From: Candidatus Methanomethylophilaceae archaeon
GTDB taxonomy: Archaea > Thermoplasmatota > Thermoplasmata > Methanomassiliicoccales > Methanomethylophilaceae
Length of the DNA: 64,000 bases
Reading direction: 5' to 3'
Assembly (NCBI GenBank): GCA_944320495.1
Contig: CALUHR010000013.1
Span: 96,001-160,000 of the forward strand
Under the pieces are notes generated by a model. It did not search any database and was not told the DNA's origin. It worked only from the letters and a program-made list of their open reading frames with translations. Positions 11,193 through 20,514 of this stretch are shown here, piece after piece. Within the stretch, counting starts at the first letter, position 1; every line of letters starts with the position of its first letter. The position numbers were made by a program, and so were the translations under genes.

Positions 11193-11666
11193 GTGGCTCG
11201 GATGACGGAGGATGAGACGATGTCTGAAGACGTGAACAGGCTGATTTCCGCGGTCTCCAAGGCGGCGGGACGCAGATTGGACCCCGACGTGTGGGAGGAC
11301 AGGCAAATCATGAATCATGGATGCCAGATCCTCAACAGGATGGGCCACTTCCCGAGGTTCGATTATGACAAGAATGTCTATGGTCCGTTCTCCTACGAAC
11401 TCAATGACCAGTTTAAAAGGGCGGGGATCGTAGATGACAGCCTCTGTGACATCCCTGTAGAGGACCTCGAGGTTCTCACCATGCTGCTTTCCAAGGGATT
11501 GGACTTCCTGATGGCTTACAACACATTGATTGCAGCATTCGGTTACAATCCGAACAAGAGCCATGAATCCATCAAGGAATGGATCGTGGGAAATGAGCCC
11601 GAATACAAGCGCTATTACGATGAGGCCTTCGAATGGCTGTCAGCTACATCGACACCTGCTATCTGA
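11193..11666 (+). CDS. Putative antitoxin (YwgA/Panacea-like)
   Basis: FDYDKNVYGPFSYEL motif; overlaps the downstream PIN-like gene; lower GC than flanks. Confidence 0.5.
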   Translation: MARMTEDETMSEDVNRLISAVSKAAGRRLDPDVWEDRQIMNHGCQILNRMGHFPRFDYDKNVYGPFSYELNDQFKRAGIVDDSLCDIPVEDLEVLTMLLSKGLDFLMAYNTLIAAFGYNPNKSHESIKEWIVGNEPEYKRYYDEAFEWLSATSTPAI

Positions 11667-12157
11667 TTGCGTTGATAGACCCGACGGACAAGATGCGTTC
11701 GGAGGCCAAGATAGGCCGTGGAAGGGCTGAGAGCATCGTAGGGAACCTCAGATCGTTGAAAGTCCCTCTGCCTGCTTACAGCGAAGCAATCTGCAAAACC
11801 GGGGACTACTATCAGAAAGACAGAGATGCACGCCTGAGACTCTACGAGGAACTGGATCGCCTGAGGAGCAGGGGATTCGTCGAAGTGGAGTACATCAAAG
11901 ACCCAGAGACGCTGAGGCTCGCTTCGGAGATGGCAAGATCACGTACGGATGAACGTGACAAGATGTCGATCATGGATTCCCTGATCATCGCGACGGCGAC
12001 GTCCGATCCGGAATGCAGGACGTTCTACACCACCGATGACAAGTGCCTCCATAACAGCGAAGTCTGGGAGTTGAGCAGAGAGTTCAGGGAGAGACACGAG
12101 TTCGACAACGCGTCGATCTCCGTCCAGATGCTGTGGAAGACCAGAGCCTCTGCGTGA
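11633..12157 (+). CDS. PIN-domain protein (putative toxin RNase)
   Basis: YIDTCYLIAL, MSIMDSLIIATA and FYTTD carry the acidic PIN residues. Confidence 0.75.
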   Translation: MAVSYIDTCYLIALIDPTDKMRSEAKIGRGRAESIVGNLRSLKVPLPAYSEAICKTGDYYQKDRDARLRLYEELDRLRSRGFVEVEYIKDPETLRLASEMARSRTDERDKMSIMDSLIIATATSDPECRTFYTTDDKCLHNSEVWELSREFRERHEFDNASISVQMLWKTRASA

Positions 12158-12658
12158 TTCAAACATAGTACCCAACATCGAGATCTTCCACGGCTCGATG
12201 TGACAGTACCCCCCTGGGTTCCTGTCCAGGTACCTCTGGTGGTACTCCTCGGCCCTCGCCCACTGGGTGAGCGGTCCGCACTCGACATGGAACTCCGGAT
12301 ACCTCGGGGCCTCCCTCGAGAGGACATCTATCACCGTCCCCTCGGACTGGAGATCGGACCAGTAGACCCCGGTCTGGTACTGTATGCCGACGTCGTTCCC
12401 CTGGCGCCTCTCCTGAGTCGGGTCTATCAGGAACAGGAACACCTCCAGGAGGTCCTCCAGGCTCAGGGCCGAGGGATCGTACTCGACGCGCACCGCCTCC
12501 CGGTACCCGAACCTCCCCGAGCACACGAGCATGTAGTCCGGGATGTAGTGGGGGTCGCCATTGGCGTAGCCGCATTCGGTGGAGAGGATCCCGGGGATGT
12601 CCTCCAGCGCCCTCTCCAGGCCCCAGAAGCATCCGCCCGCGAGATGTATGACGCTCAA
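12113..12658 (-). CDS. msrA: Peptide methionine sulfoxide reductase A (first in-frame CGA 12115-12113)
   Basis: AGGCFWG, GYANG, RQGNDVGIQY, AEEYHQRYL, GYCHI; TTG start overlaps the thyX stop. Confidence 0.92.
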
Positions 12659-13311
12659 GGGCGCCTCGGATGTCCGCAGGACTTCTTGCCCTCGGGGCAG
12701 GGACCCCTGACGCACGCCGGACCGGCGTTCGCGAATATCACGGGGGACACCTCCTTGCAGAGCTCCAGCATCCTGTCCGCCATCTCGCGGATCTCCCACT
12801 GGGCCCTGTTGCAGCACCTCAGCGAGAAGAAGTGCAGCAGCTCGCGGGCGTTCATCGTGATCGTGATGTTCGTGGTGCATCCGTTCGGAAGGAGGTACCT
12901 GGCATCCTCCGCCGGGATCCCCATCTCCTCCAGCTTCGAGTAGGCATCCCAGATGGCGTCCATGGTCTGGTCGAAGACCCTCAGCGCCTCGGGGTCCGCC
13001 TCCACCGTGTGGGGCGTCACGAAGGACGGCTCCTTCAGGGACACGTACCTCTGGCTCTGCTGGGAGAACGAGGCTATCCTATGCCTCACCAGCTGGTGGG
13101 TGAGCGCGCGGGAGACGCCGCTGACCGAGAACGTGAACGTGGCGTGCTCCACCACGGACAGGTGGCCCATCCCGACGATGCGGGAGAGCGTCCTCTCCGG
13201 GTCGATGTCCTCCATGATCTCGTACGACGGATGCTCCGAATAGCACGAGTTGCCCGCCGATGCGCATATCCTGTCTGCGTCCCTTGTGTATGCCAGAAGC
13301 TCGACCCTCAT
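12655..13311 (-). CDS. thyX: FAD-dependent thymidylate synthase
   Basis: GHLSVVEH, RALTHQLVRHRIASFSQQSQRY, EDARYLLPN, LRCCNRAQWEIR. Confidence 0.96.
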   Translation of the reverse strand: MRVELLAYTRDADRICASAGNSCYSEHPSYEIMEDIDPERTLSRIVGMGHLSVVEHATFTFSVSGVSRALTHQLVRHRIASFSQQSQRYVSLKEPSFVTPHTVEADPEALRVFDQTMDAIWDAYSKLEEMGIPAEDARYLLPNGCTTNITITMNARELLHFFSLRCCNRAQWEIREMADRMLELCKEVSPVIFANAGPACVRGPCPEGKKSCGHPRRP

Positions 13312-14021
13312 TCCTGTCCCCCCTTCCAGATCATGTCGCGGACCCTGTCCATCCTCTCGCGGTCCATGAGGTCCGCCAGGCGCACCTTGCGCACCTGGGC
13401 GTCGCCCAACAGCCTGCAGATGCCCTCCACGTGCGCGTCCCCGACGATCACGACCATGTTGGAGTGCGTCTTGGCGGCCTCCAGGATCTGCTCGGCCATG
13501 TGCTGGTTGCGCTCGTCGATGAGCTTCCTCACCAGCGTTGGGTACTTCCGGCGCATGCCCTCGATGTAGGCCTCCTCGTTGTCGGCGAAGCTCCTCTGCA
13601 CGCTGGCGACCTTGCGCTTGCCACCGATGTTGTCCGAGATGCCGGAGAGGCGGTAACGTATGCGCTCCTTTGTGGACATCTCCCTCCACATCTCGTCCAT
13701 CACGCGCATGGCGTCCGTGTCAATCGGGATAATCTCGGCGCCCGCGAGCCTGCCGGCGTTCACCGCGGCGAGGAACTCCCCTCCGAGCTGCGCACCGTGC
13801 TCCTCGGACATGCGCTGCTGGTACCTCGCGGTCTGCATGTAGATGGGTGACGGCTCCGGGCCGTCGCCCGACGGTTCCTTCCCCTCGGCCTCGCGGGTCA
13901 TGGCGTTGAGCCTGCCCACATCCAGCTCCAGGAGGACCGCGTCCGGCCAAGTGTTCTTGACGATGAAGGCCACGGGCTCCGCCAGGTTGAACACGTGCCC
14001 GGTGCCCACGATCGTGATCAT
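13308..14021 (-). CDS. TraB/GumN family protein
   Basis: IVGTGHV, VLLELD, GGEFLAA, LIDERNQHMA, VVIVGDAHVEGI; start 14021 or 14042. Confidence 0.85.
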   Translation of the reverse strand: MITIVGTGHVFNLAEPVAFIVKNTWPDAVLLELDVGRLNAMTREAEGKEPSGDGPEPSPIYMQTARYQQRMSEEHGAQLGGEFLAAVNAGRLAGAEIIPIDTDAMRVMDEMWREMSTKERIRYRLSGISDNIGGKRKVASVQRSFADNEEAYIEGMRRKYPTLVRKLIDERNQHMAEQILEAAKTHSNMVVIVGDAHVEGICRLLGDAQVRKVRLADLMDRERMDRVRDMIWKGGQE

Positions 14022-14070
14022 GGTCCGGGGATGCTCAGACATATTAAAGAAAGAATGGATAGGGCGCAGC

Positions 14071-14730
14071 ATGCGCAAGTACGACCTCGTCTGCTTCGAC
14101 ATGGACGGAACCCTCACCACCGTACGCAGCTCCTGGAGATGGATCCACGACTACCTGGGCGTGGACAACGAGCCGTCCTATCAGGCGTTCATCAACGGGG
14201 AGATAGACGAGAACGAGTTCATGCGCAGGGACATCCACCTCTGGATGGAGAACAGGCCCGGGATCACCATCGGCGACATCGCCCACATCTTCCAGACCCT
14301 GCCACTGATCGGCGGAATACAGGAGACCGTCGCCTGCCTCAAGGACAACGGAATCGCCTGCGTCATCGTCAGCGGTGGGATCGACATCGCCGCGAAGATG
14401 CTCGCGGACGAGTTCGGCTTCGACGAGTACATCGCGGACAGCCTCGAGACCGATTCCGAGGGCAGGCTCACCGGCGAGGGTATCAGGAACCTGAACCTCC
14501 GCGACAAGGGGATCAACGTCAGAGGGTACATCGAGAAGTACTTCACGACCCCCGAGCGCACCGTGTCCATCGGCAACTCGTACACGGACATACCGATGTT
14601 CCAGAACTCCGGACTCTCCATCGCGTTCAACCCGACGGACGAGTACACATCGGAAGCGGCCACGCACACCGTGAACTCGGACAACATCGCGGACGTCCTC
14701 GACTTCATCATCGGGGACGGCGAGGAGCGA
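14071..14730 (+). CDS. HAD-IB phosphatase (phosphoserine phosphatase-like) (CGA 14728-14730, TGA two codons later)
   Basis: FDMDGTL, IVSGG, K, IGNSYTD HAD motifs. Confidence 0.85.
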
Positions 14731-14872
14731 TCGTGAACTGATAGCACATCAGGATTGTGTAATGGCATTCGATTAATTTCGTATTGCCATTATGCAAGGA
14801 CGATGCAATCGGATACAGAACAATAATCTCAGAAGGTAATCGGTTTTGAGGAGGGGGAGGTCCCCCTCTCGT

Positions 14873-15553
14873 TCACTCGTCGTAGTCCTCGTCGTCATCG
14901 TCGAGGATGTAGTCCGACTCGTCGAACTCCTCATCCAGGTCGAGGACGTCGTAGGTCTTCTTGCGGATCTTTCCGTAGATCCTGGTGATGTCCCTTGCCT
15001 CGGCGGAACCGTGCCTGACCAGGCTGTGCTTGGTCTTGATGGCGTGGATCATGCAGTCGAAGTCCTCGAACTTCAGCATGGATCCGACGACGAACTCGTC
15101 GTCAGGCTCGGCCTGGACCCTGAGCGGGTAGGTCTTCCGGTTGTCGTTGACGGAGACCTTGACACTCAGGACGTCGAACCTCTTGACCCACAGCTTCTTG
15201 ATGTCCGTGGCCACGCACTTCTTCACCCTGCGGCCGTCCGCGACCTCGATGTAGGTGACGCAGACTCTCCTGCCGTCGTCCATCTCGAACTCGTCGTCGA
15301 TCTGGACCAGGTCGTTGCTCTCGAGGGTCGTGGATGTGGGCTCCGATACGTCCCCGTCGCTGTAGATAACGGGGACGGTGATGATCTCTGGGATCCGGAT
15401 GGTCTCCGAGGTCACCTTGCCGCACTCGTTGCATCTGAACGTGCCCTCCAGGGTGGCCTTACCCATCCTTCCCTTCAGTATCTGGTGCTCCGTCTCCTCC
15501 CCGCAATCGGAGCAGACGTAGACGATGGTGTCCGGCATCTCTCTCTGGATCAT
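14873..15553 (-). CDS. HVO_0476-family zinc-finger protein
   Basis: CSDC...CNEC pairs, archaeal conserved architecture, acidic tail. Confidence 0.75.
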   Translation of the reverse strand: MIQREMPDTIVYVCSDCGEETEHQILKGRMGKATLEGTFRCNECGKVTSETIRIPEIITVPVIYSDGDVSEPTSTTLESNDLVQIDDEFEMDDGRRVCVTYIEVADGRRVKKCVATDIKKLWVKRFDVLSVKVSVNDNRKTYPLRVQAEPDDEFVVGSMLKFEDFDCMIHAIKTKHSLVRHGSAEARDITRIYGKIRKKTYDVLDLDEEFDESDYILDDDDEDYDE

Positions 15554-15614
15554 GTTTGGACCGTCCTCTGGTTCTTCGTGCGTAGTTGCCTACCGCCTTT
15601 AACCTTTCTATCGG

Positions 15615-16190
15615 TCACCCGACAATGAACGGCGCCCCGTGGCCCGGGACCACGACGTCGGCGAACCTCTCGACCCTACGCATGCTCTCCATCGCGAGGT
15701 CGCGGTCGGTGTTGATCGCCGGGGGTTTGCCCTCCTTGAGGTTGTCCTGCAGGGGGACGGTGTCGCCGGCGATGGCGTAATGTCTGTCGGCCTCGACGAA
15801 CACGCTGCACTCCTCCGGGCAGTGGCCCGGCGTGTGCACCATCCTTACGCCGGGGCATATCTCGTACTCATCGGCGTCGATGACCTCGGCACCCTCAATC
15901 TCGACGTCCGAGCCGGAGTGGATCAGCACCCTCGCCTTCTTGTAGCGTTTGAGGTTGCCTGCGTGGTCCCCGTGGGCGTGCGTGAGGACGATGGTGTCGA
16001 CGTCCTCCGGGAAGATGCCTATCTGCCTGAACGAGGTCTTCACGGCGGGCCACATGTAGGGCGTGCTGGTGTCCACGACTATGTTGCGGCCGTCCGCGCG
16101 GATGAGTGTGGAGGTCGAATGGGCCTCCAGGATGGAGCCGTCCTCACCGCGCTCGAGGGACCCGATGCACAGGACGTCGAGTTGGATCAT
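15615..16190 (-). CDS. Metallo-beta-lactamase fold hydrolase
   Basis: THAHGDHAGN, HTPGH, GD, PGHG motifs. Confidence 0.85.
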   Translation of the reverse strand: MIQLDVLCIGSLERGEDGSILEAHSTSTLIRADGRNIVVDTSTPYMWPAVKTSFRQIGIFPEDVDTIVLTHAHGDHAGNLKRYKKARVLIHSGSDVEIEGAEVIDADEYEICPGVRMVHTPGHCPEECSVFVEADRHYAIAGDTVPLQDNLKEGKPPAINTDRDLAMESMRRVERFADVVVPGHGAPFIVG

Positions 16191-16228
16191 GCCCCGCTAT
16201 CATGATTCGTGGTTTAACAATTTTCGAG

Positions 16229-17668
16229 TCACAGCAGGGCGGCCATGTAGAGGGGCAACAGGACGATACCGTCCTTGACCCTGATGTCCTTGGTGCAGAG
16301 GATGTACGGCTGACCGAGACGACCTTTGAATTTGCCGATGAAGCGCTCCAGGGATTCATAGCGGATCCGATCCGACGACTTGACCTCCAGCGGACAGATC
16401 TTGTGGCCTCTGCGTATCAGGAAATCGATCTCCACGGCCGTATCCCATACAACTGGAGCCTGATCAGAGACTCCAGCATCGTTCCCGGAATCGGCCTCCG
16501 CCCCGTTGTGTGGTTCCTCCCTGCCCTCCTTCCCATCCTTCGGCCTGGGATACCTGGAATAGAAGTACAGCTGATTGCCGTTGGCACGGAGACATTGTGC
16601 CACCACGTTCTCTGCGAACATGCCCTCGTTTATGCCGATCTTCCCGAGCAGCAGAGACTTGTAGATGTCCTCATCGGTGCCGTTCCTGTCTGCCAGACTC
16701 TCGGTGACCAGAAGCCCGGTGTCGCCCATGTACAGCTTCTGACTGGTATGGTCCGCGCTCATCATCAGTCCGACCGTCGGGTCAGTCGCATTGACGCACG
16801 GGTTGACGATCATACCATCTGCCAGCCACATGAACGCATCGTCGAAATCACGATACCGGGCATTCTTGTCGAGGCTCGACAGGAGATACTTCTTCTCGCC
16901 TTTGGCGAGCTGTGACGGTATCGTATCGAATATGAAATTGACCCTCTGACTGTATCCGCCAGCGTATTTCGCGATATCTTTGCGATAAACAGACAGGATC
17001 CTCTTTTTGACGGCCTCCGTCTTCTCGAAACTCCCCGCGGTCACGTAATTGATGACGGCCTGGGGCATGCCCCCGACGAGCATGTACTTCCTGAAGAGGT
17101 CCATGATCTTCTTATGGGCGGCATTGCCCAACGGCTTCAAGTCCCTGAAGCACTCCTCCATGTACGGGATTGCAGTCTCGTTCCCCATAGCCCAGAGGAA
17201 CTCCTCGAAATCCAACGGGAACATCTCGAGGTCATCCTCCTCGGAAGGAACCACTATGTCCTGCACATTCGTCCTTATGGATATCAGTGAACCGGTCTCG
17301 ATATAATCATATCTGCCGTCCTCCACCAGATACTTTATCATCTGTCTGGCAGGAGGATACAGCTGGACCTCGTCGAACACCACCACTGATTCACGGGGGT
17401 ACAGTTTGCGTCCCTTGGCAACCATCAGCTTCTGGAAGAAATCATCCAGGTCGCTGCTGTGGTTCTTGAAAACCTCCAGGGTCGTCTCATCTATCTTGGC
17501 GAAATCAATTATGATGTGGCTGCGATACTCATTCTCTGCGAATTTACGCACCAGATGACTTTTCCCCACCCTGCGAGCCCCGTTCACAAGCAACGCTGTA
17601 GAACCAGCACTCTCCTCTTTCCACCTCAACAACTTGGAATAGGCCTTTCTGCGGAGCTCGATATTCAT
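16229..17668 (-). CDS. AAA_14-type ATPase with DUF4143/PD-(D/E)XK-like C-terminus
   Basis: GARRVGKS Walker A, VFDEVQ Walker B, GGMPQAV, KLYMGDTGLL, EIDFL...PLEVKS. Confidence 0.88.
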   Translation of the reverse strand: MNIELRRKAYSKLLRWKEESAGSTALLVNGARRVGKSHLVRKFAENEYRSHIIIDFAKIDETTLEVFKNHSSDLDDFFQKLMVAKGRKLYPRESVVVFDEVQLYPPARQMIKYLVEDGRYDYIETGSLISIRTNVQDIVVPSEEDDLEMFPLDFEEFLWAMGNETAIPYMEECFRDLKPLGNAAHKKIMDLFRKYMLVGGMPQAVINYVTAGSFEKTEAVKKRILSVYRKDIAKYAGGYSQRVNFIFDTIPSQLAKGEKKYLLSSLDKNARYRDFDDAFMWLADGMIVNPCVNATDPTVGLMMSADHTSQKLYMGDTGLLVTESLADRNGTDEDIYKSLLLGKIGINEGMFAENVVAQCLRANGNQLYFYSRYPRPKDGKEGREEPHNGAEADSGNDAGVSDQAPVVWDTAVEIDFLIRRGHKICPLEVKSSDRIRYESLERFIGKFKGRLGQPYILCTKDIRVKDGIVLLPLYMAALL

Positions 17669-17700
17669 ATTGCATTAATGTATTTGATACTATATAATTA

Positions 17701-17821
17701 CACACATATTTAGACTTAAGAAAAGTTGATTTTCACACGGATTTAGACTTAAGAAACAGCCAATTTTCACATATTTAGACTTAAGAAACAGGGGTTTTCT
17801 CACATATTCAGACTTAAGGAA
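17701..17821. repeat. Four tandem 32-33 bp AT-rich repeats, core ATTTAGACTTAAGAAA
   Basis: Core at 17708, 17741, 17773 and 17806 (last copy has two changes), directly upstream of the ATPase start. Confidence 0.9.
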
Positions 17822-17875
17822 CCGCCTCTTCCGCCCAGGCATCCCCCTTTATACGACCGGACCCGTCCGGAGAAC

Positions 17876-17980
17876 ATGGACAACAATATCGTCATGAAGA
17901 TCGCCGTGAGCGTCTCCGCGGTGACCCTCGTGATATCATCATCCTCGCTGGCGGTCCGCAGGCTGCCGATCCCGGAGTGA
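17876..17980 (+). CDS. Possible 34-aa hydrophobic small protein
   Basis: MDNNIVMKIAVSVSAVTLVISSSSLAVRRLPIPE; TTTATA ~25 nt upstream, GGAGA before ATG, stop 4 nt before the methylase ATG. Confidence 0.3.
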   Translation: MDNNIVMKIAVSVSAVTLVISSSSLAVRRLPIPE

Positions 17981-17984
17981 GACC

Positions 17985-18554
17985 ATGGAGTACGACCCCG
18001 ATGTCAGGATCTACGAGGATCCGGAGGTGTATCCGCCCTCGGACGACAGCATCCTGCTTATCGAATCGCTGGACGTTCATCCTGGGGAGAGGGTCCTGGA
18101 GATCGGGTGCGGATCGGGGGTGGTGTCCATCCACTGCGCCCTGAACGGATGCGACGTCACCTCTGGGGACATCAACCCCCGCGCCGTCGAGCTTACCCGC
18201 AGGAACGCGGAGGCGAACGGCGCCTACATAGACGTGGTGGAGACCGACGTCTACTCCGCCGTGGAGGGGAGGTTCGACACGATAGTGTTCAACCTGCCGT
18301 ACCTCCCGGTCGAGGAGGAGGGACTGCTGGAGAAGGCCTGGTCCGGAGGCCCTGATGGCCTCGGACCTCTGCCGAGGCTCCTGGAGGGAGCGGACGACCG
18401 CCTTCTCCCCGGAGGGAGAGTGGTGGTCGTCGTCTCGTCCCTGATGGACCGCGATGCTCTGGACGGGACCCTCGTGGGCTGGAGCCGGAGGGTCCTGGGG
18501 GAGCTCCCCCTGTTCTTCGAGAGGCTCTATGTCCTGGAGCTCAGGCGTCCGCGA
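17985..18554 (+). CDS. prmC: HemK2/PrmC-type release factor glutamine methyltransferase (ends at CGA 18552-18554)
   Basis: VYPPSDDS, EIGCGSG, FNLPYLP, WSGGPDG; ends FFERLYVLELRRP; 189 aa. Confidence 0.85.
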
Positions 18555-19752
18555 TCAGCTCCTCCGACTGGACCTCGGGGTACGGCTTCGCCGAGAGCAC
18601 GAGCATCGCCGCGTACATCACGGCTATCAGGATGACGTACCAGGACAGGATGTCCAGCACCGCGTGGGTCCCGGGCAGGAGTCCCACGACGAAGTTCGGG
18701 ATGGCCGCCCCGCCGTACGAGGTCAGGTAGATCGTCGAGAACGTCCCCGCCCTCAGCCCCTTGCCAGCACGGGACAGCAGGGCGGTGACCCCTGCGGTGA
18801 AGCCGATGCCCTGGCCTATGCCCGCCACCACGCTGAACACGCAGAACAGCAGGAGGCTGTCGAGGTACGCCAGGGACACATACATCATCACCATCATGAC
18901 GAGGAATATCCCCATGCCCCATCTCTGGGCCTGCCTGGTCTCGAACCTGTTGGAGAAGAAGCTCCCCACCACGTTCGGGAGCAGGAGCGATGTGAACACG
19001 GCGGCTGCGATGAACTGGTTGTGGACGCCGAACTGCTCCGTGACGATGGACGCACTGAACGATTGGGAGAATCCGCCGACCGCCCACGTCCCGATGAAGA
19101 GCATGGCGCAGGCGGCGTAGAGGCGTCCGCATCCCTTCGGGAGCGTGATGCGCGGGACCATGGACCTCAGCAGACCTGGCCTCCTCGGCATGGTCTCCCT
19201 GGCGAACACCACGATCACCGCTATGATGACGATCAGCACCGCTACGGCCTCAAAGTACGAGGTGGGCGAGACGGAGGTGTACGTCATGAGCCCTCCGGAG
19301 ACGAACGCCCCCGTCGACAGCCCCAGCGTCGGGGCGCTGCTGGTGATGGTGGGGCCCACCCATCTGGGCAGGTCCGAGGACAGGTCGACGACGTAGGCCG
19401 CAACGGTGCTCGAGCCGAGACCGCTGGCTATGCCCTGGATGAGCCTCCCGGCCATGATCATCTCCGGGTTGGAAATCATCGCGAAGGTCACCGCGCCGCA
19501 CACCGCGACCATGAGGATGATGATCGTGGCCGGCCTCCTCCCCAGATGGTCGGAGATCCTCGGGAGGAACAACAGCGGGATGACCGTGCCCAGCAGGTAC
19601 CACATGGACACCATGGACAGCTGCGCATGAGTCATGCCCAGCTCCTCCTGCCACATCGAGTACAGCGATATCGGCGATCCCGATGCGAAGTATAGGATGA
19701 CCAGCGCGCCGACAGCACCGACGAAGCTCAACCGGGCCCTCGCGTCCATCAT
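18541..19752 (-). CDS. MFS transporter
   Basis: LPRISDHLGRRP MFS signature, GRLIQGIASG, ~12 TM segments. Confidence 0.85.
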   Translation of the reverse strand: MMDARARLSFVGAVGALVILYFASGSPISLYSMWQEELGMTHAQLSMVSMWYLLGTVIPLLFLPRISDHLGRRPATIIILMVAVCGAVTFAMISNPEMIMAGRLIQGIASGLGSSTVAAYVVDLSSDLPRWVGPTITSSAPTLGLSTGAFVSGGLMTYTSVSPTSYFEAVAVLIVIIAVIVVFARETMPRRPGLLRSMVPRITLPKGCGRLYAACAMLFIGTWAVGGFSQSFSASIVTEQFGVHNQFIAAAVFTSLLLPNVVGSFFSNRFETRQAQRWGMGIFLVMMVMMYVSLAYLDSLLLFCVFSVVAGIGQGIGFTAGVTALLSRAGKGLRAGTFSTIYLTSYGGAAIPNFVVGLLPGTHAVLDILSWYVILIAVMYAAMLVLSAKPYPEVQSEELIADA

Positions 19753-20375
19753 GACCGCCTGATGAAGTCCGTGCGCATCGGGGCCTCGTACTCCGGACGG
19801 GGGACGCCCGCCTGGTCGGCGGCCTCGATGCATCTCATGAGCCAGGCTATGTTCGCCGCCAGCGTCCTCATGGTCTGAAGCCCCTCCTCGTCCTGAGCCA
19901 CGTCCTCGGCCCTCGAACCGTGGACCTGGTTCCAGTACTGGGAGGATGCCACGGGCATGTTGCAGATCGTGAAGTACTTGTTCAGACGGTCGAAGGCCGC
20001 TGAAGCCCCTCCCCTCCTACACGAAACGATCGCCGCGCCGACCTTCCCGCGCATCTTGCCCGAATAGGTGTAGAACAGACGGTCGGCGAATGAGCAGATC
20101 TGCCCAGAGGCGCTGGCGTAGTAGACGGGAGAGCCGAGGACTATGGCGCCGAACTCGTCGAGACGGGAGCCGATCTCGTTGACAATGTCGTCTGTCACGC
20201 ACCTGCCGTTCCTCTTGCAGGCGCCGCACGCCCTGCATCCAGGGGTGTCGTACGGGACCTGCACGATCTCCGATTCGATGCCGCCCTTCGCGAGCTCGTC
20301 GGCGATTTCTTTCAGTGCGGTGTATGTGCATCCGGCGGCGTGGGGGCTGCCGTTGACCAGGAGGACCTTCTTCAT
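19749..20375 (-). CDS. Flavodoxin-like NADPH-dependent FMN reductase / iron-sulfur flavoprotein
   Basis: NGSPH, CRACGAC...C, GSPVYYAS, RRGG, YWNQVHG, DEEGLQTMR. Confidence 0.88.
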   Translation of the reverse strand: MKKVLLVNGSPHAAGCTYTALKEIADELAKGGIESEIVQVPYDTPGCRACGACKRNGRCVTDDIVNEIGSRLDEFGAIVLGSPVYYASASGQICSFADRLFYTYSGKMRGKVGAAIVSCRRGGASAAFDRLNKYFTICNMPVASSQYWNQVHGSRAEDVAQDEEGLQTMRTLAANIAWLMRCIEAADQAGVPRPEYEAPMRTDFIRRS

Positions 20376-20514
20376 AGCCGCTCGATTTTTGGTCGCGATT
20401 ATAAAATCTTCTTTGTTACGCGATGTCAGCAAGGATCGGGGACCCGTATGTGCCAGACATGTCGGGATGACGGATTTCGAGGTGCCCCGGCACGACGGCC
20501 GGGGCGATGGTTTC

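Noticed and set aside
10949-11311. N-terminal extension of R15P isomerase in the ORF track
   Set aside because: Lower-GC intergenic sequence with no homology-like features; family similarity starts near GTG 10948.
14745-14870. Imperfect inverted repeat AATGGCA...TGCCATT between convergent genes
   Set aside because: Best explained as an ordinary terminator-region hairpin; nothing else supports an RNA gene.
17701-17821. CRISPR array
   Set aside because: The period is only 32-33 bp, linkers are short and similar to one another, and no cas genes are in the window.
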